IMG/VR virus record: IMGVR_UViG_3300009092_000015
Location: 547-64,546 of that record
Origin: a virus
Lineage: Duplodnaviria; Caudoviricetes
Direction: 5' to 3' (one strand)
Length of the DNA: 64,000 bases
Part shown: positions 57,479 through 64,000 of the stretch, piece by piece
Layout of the letters: each line of letters begins with the position of its first letter
How positions within the stretch are numbered: position 1 is the first letter of the stretch
The notes under the pieces: model-generated
Seen by the model: the letters and a program-made list of their open reading frames with translations, nothing else
Told to the model about the DNA's origin: nothing
Databases searched by the model: none
Translations under genes and position numbers: made by a program

Positions 57479-59143
57479 ATGACGCAGTTAGAGCAGGCAT
57501 TCGCGTTAGCAGCTACGAGCGTTGAGGATTCCATCCGAGCCGTTCAAGCCTTGATTCCGGCGTATCAGGTACCAGTGCCGGTGCCTGTACCTCAGCCATC
57601 CGGGGGCAATGGCTACCCTTCGATGACTATCGACCCCAGGACCTACGGGGCGAAGGGGGATGGCTCCGTAGACGACACCGGGGCTATCCAGAAGGCATTG
57701 GACAATGCCAGTATGGGGATTACCGGCCCATCCATGGTACTTCTTGCGAGGGGAGACTACCTCTGCAATGGACCTACCCTGAAGTTCAACAATGATGGGA
57801 TTATCCTCCAGGGATTCGGTATGGATGGGCAAGGTCCATATGACCCCAATGCATCTCGGCTGATTGCCGGTCCGAACCACGTCAACGGACCGATGATCCT
57901 GATCGACGCCAATGATGGGGGAAAGCAGTGGTATCGGGGTACGTGCCTGAGGGGTATTTCCCTAGATGTAACTAGATGCCCGTACTTCACCAAAGGTCAG
58001 GACCCGGCTAAGGGTGACCCTACGCCTCCTCCAGTGCTTAAACTCCGAGGCTTATCTAACTGCCCCGAGTTCCGAGATATTCTGGTTTGGGGCCATACAG
58101 GTTCGGCAATAGATATCGGATGTAACACCGTAGCCGGTGCGGTATCTGAGAATCTGAGATTCCTGAACTTCTGGGCATACGGTGGACATACAGCCGATGG
58201 TGGAATAGGTAAGGAGGTCCCTAAGGCTCCAGGGATACTCAACACAGGTGCGGATAATATTCAGTTCTACGGTGGCTTAATGGCATATGACAATGCCAAC
58301 GGGACTCTGCCTGTGACTAACTCCCCAGCAGATATAGCGGCTATACAGGTAATGCCTGGAGCTATCGGTGGAGGTTACGGTGGGATCAATGTAACCAACA
58401 ATGGGTTCATAGTTGAAGGTATGGCTATAACCAATTATGTGGTTAGTTGCCGAGTGAGTCCATTGTTGTTTAACGGTACTTGGTATGGGTCGCAGCATAT
58501 CAAGTTCACCAATATGGTTATTGAGAACTTCAATCGGGCCTTTGTGGTGAACGAGGAAGCCGAGTCGAATAATCTTGGCTACTGGAGATCTCAGGTGTTC
58601 GTCTCCAAATGTATTATCGGTGGTGGCAATGCATGGTATGGTCCGAACCCCCATCAGTTTCTCGGCGACCATATGAATGGTGGAATCATTGATCTGGATT
58701 TCCTCGGCTTCCCTGGTGATCTGTCATTGGGTCCGGAAACCAATGGCGTCAGGTACTCCATTGGTTCTAACCCAAATGGCCCAGGAGTCTTCTACGATGC
58801 CAAGGACCAGGGGACTAACTCTGGTCAGTTCTGCCGTAACGGCGTCCCAGGTTCGGTGCTGAATGGTTCCCTCGCTGTTATGGGTAATACCCCTGCCAGT
58901 CAGGCGGTTCGGGGAACCGGCAACACAGGCATACAGTCCTGGGGTGATACGGCTCAGCTTTGGGGATCATCCAGGACCCTAGGTAGTAGTTCCCAATCGG
59001 ACCCTGGGAACTTCGGGGAGATGGTAATGTATCAAGATCCGGCTGATGGGAAGTTCTACATCGCCGGATGTATCAAGGGTGGGAATCCAGGTTCGGCAGT
59101 ATGGCATAGAGCCCTATTGCAGCCCTGGGGAACCAAATCGTAG
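57479..59143 (+). CDS. pectate-lyase-like beta-helix protein (tailspike/depolymerase)
   Basis: DPRTYGAKGDGSVDDTGAIQKALD ... LARGDY. Confidence 0.75.
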   Translation: MTQLEQAFALAATSVEDSIRAVQALIPAYQVPVPVPVPQPSGGNGYPSMTIDPRTYGAKGDGSVDDTGAIQKALDNASMGITGPSMVLLARGDYLCNGPTLKFNNDGIILQGFGMDGQGPYDPNASRLIAGPNHVNGPMILIDANDGGKQWYRGTCLRGISLDVTRCPYFTKGQDPAKGDPTPPPVLKLRGLSNCPEFRDILVWGHTGSAIDIGCNTVAGAVSENLRFLNFWAYGGHTADGGIGKEVPKAPGILNTGADNIQFYGGLMAYDNANGTLPVTNSPADIAAIQVMPGAIGGGYGGINVTNNGFIVEGMAITNYVVSCRVSPLLFNGTWYGSQHIKFTNMVIENFNRAFVVNEEAESNNLGYWRSQVFVSKCIIGGGNAWYGPNPHQFLGDHMNGGIIDLDFLGFPGDLSLGPETNGVRYSIGSNPNGPGVFYDAKDQGTNSGQFCRNGVPGSVLNGSLAVMGNTPASQAVRGTGNTGIQSWGDTAQLWGSSRTLGSSSQSDPGNFGEMVMYQDPADGKFYIAGCIKGGNPGSAVWHRALLQPWGTKS

Positions 59144-59168
59144 TACAGTCAAGTGGAAAGGAAAAAGC

Positions 59169-59555
59169 ATGTCTCACGGAAAAGTCTTGAAGTTGGAATC
59201 GATGCTGTTGTTGGTTATGTCTGGGGTAGCCTTGGCCCAACAGATAGGAGACCCAGCGGATAAGCCGCTGCCTGAACTGTATAGCCTTAAGGTAGACATC
59301 CAGGAGAAGGAAAAGGCCGCACGGGAGGCCAAGATCCAGGAGCTTCGGAAGTACATCCTGGCGGATATCGAGCAGGCAGAACAGGGGATCGTAGCCGAGG
59401 CTTGTAAGGCAGTATTGGCCGTAGAGCCTAAGGACTGTAACGTCTACCAGGACCAAAAGACGGGGAAGCTGATGATTGGGTATCGTCCTGGGTATAAGCC
59501 TGCCCAGGCTGCTCCGGCTCCTAGTCCTAAACCCCAGACCCCATCGCAGAAGTAG
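59169..59555 (+). CDS. signal-peptide coiled-coil protein (possible spanin-like)
   Basis: Start after GGAAAGG; LLLVMSGVALA-Q; heptads; Pro-rich end. Confidence 0.55.
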   Translation: MSHGKVLKLESMLLLVMSGVALAQQIGDPADKPLPELYSLKVDIQEKEKAAREAKIQELRKYILADIEQAEQGIVAEACKAVLAVEPKDCNVYQDQKTGKLMIGYRPGYKPAQAAPAPSPKPQTPSQK

Positions 59556-59570
59556 AAGTTCAAGCCTTGA

Positions 59571-63247
<3,677 letters not shown>

Positions 63248-63248
<1 letters not shown>

Positions 63249-64000
63249 TGCGATATCAATCTACATTACCAGTTATATTGAGCGTGTTGGCGGCAGTGTG
63301 TGGGACTCCATATAGGATGCAGGCTGCACTCCCGTCAGGGCTCCAAATCGACGTAAGGACTGGTGGGTCGGCCAATAACGGGGGAGGGTTCAACACCTCC
63401 GGATCTTCCTGTGGCACCGACTTCTCCCAACAGAATAGCGCTCAGATTGCCTATACGGATTTAGTGATCGGCGGCACCACCACTCAGTACACCAGCGCCG
63501 CGAACCCAGTGGACGGGACGGTGACATGCAACACTATCCAGATCATTTCCGGATCGGGGTGTACGGCTGGGTTTTACAACATATCGTCGCGTTCCGGCAC
63601 CACCGCGACTGTTGATCGGTCCATGGGAACGGCAGCTAGTACCTGTGTAGCGAATTTGGGAGGGGCACTAACGTTAGTCAAAGCAGTGACGATGTATGCG
63701 GATCAGAACGTGATCCACTTGCAAACTGGCACGTATACTCTAACGTCTGCTCTGGGGCTTCCATCATCAACAGCAGTTAGTATTATCGGATATGGGAGTA
63801 CTCACGGAGATCACGGAACTAAGCCATTAGTGACTACCGCGACAAACTCTACCCAACTGTTCACCGGGACCACTGGGACGGTAGTAAGGTTCGTTAATAT
63901 AAGTCTTTCCAATACTGCTACTACGCGAGGAGATGCGTTCCGGGCAGTCGGGAATTTTCCCTCGGTCTTCTTCATAGACTGCCTTCTCGACGGGTTTGAC
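63248..64000 (+). CDS. beta-rich structural/secreted protein, partial
   Basis: Not in the ORF track. ATG overlaps the upstream TGA; MRYQSTLPVILSVLAAVCG...NGGGFN...GTDFSQQ; open to window end. Confidence 0.7.

Overview
The window is a large part of a tailed dsDNA phage or prophage genome with a long non-contractile (siphovirus-like) tail module. It has two divergent arms. The left arm (1-16.55 kb, minus strand) holds about 45 small, mostly uncharacterised early/accessory genes, including an XRE-type HTH protein, a DUF932-like protein, a type I phosphoribosyltransferase and two sets of tandem paralogs. A roughly 2.2 kb ORF-poor control region follows (16.55-18.77 kb). The right arm (plus strand) carries a LuxR-type HTH gene, a replication-protein-O-like wHTH gene, a structured RNA array (21.48-22.71 kb) in front of a TROVE/vWA (Ro60-like) gene, terminase, holin-like genes, portal, prohead protease/scaffold, major capsid, head-tail genes, tail tube, tail assembly chaperone with a -1 slippery site, tape measure, tail tip, amidase endolysin and several large fibre/spike-like genes, the last running off the window. 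No integrase, polymerase, helicase or primase was recognised, so the genome probably extends beyond the window. Two signals stand out. (1) The RNA array contains one canonical tRNA-Pro and several tRNA cloverleaves that are circularly permuted at different breakpoints, each clamped in a shared stem frame, directly upstream of the Ro60-like gene; this resembles a phage Y-RNA/Ro60 system. (2) A 13-bp palindrome, TTCAAG(G/C)CTTGAA, occurs at least 25 times exactly plus about 9 single-mismatch copies across both arms, often at gene junctions, reminiscent of stoperator-like or nucleoid-organising sites. All family assignments come from motif recognition by eye, not from database searches. The host is unknown; the signal-peptide style of late genes weakly suggests a diderm such as Acidobacteriota.
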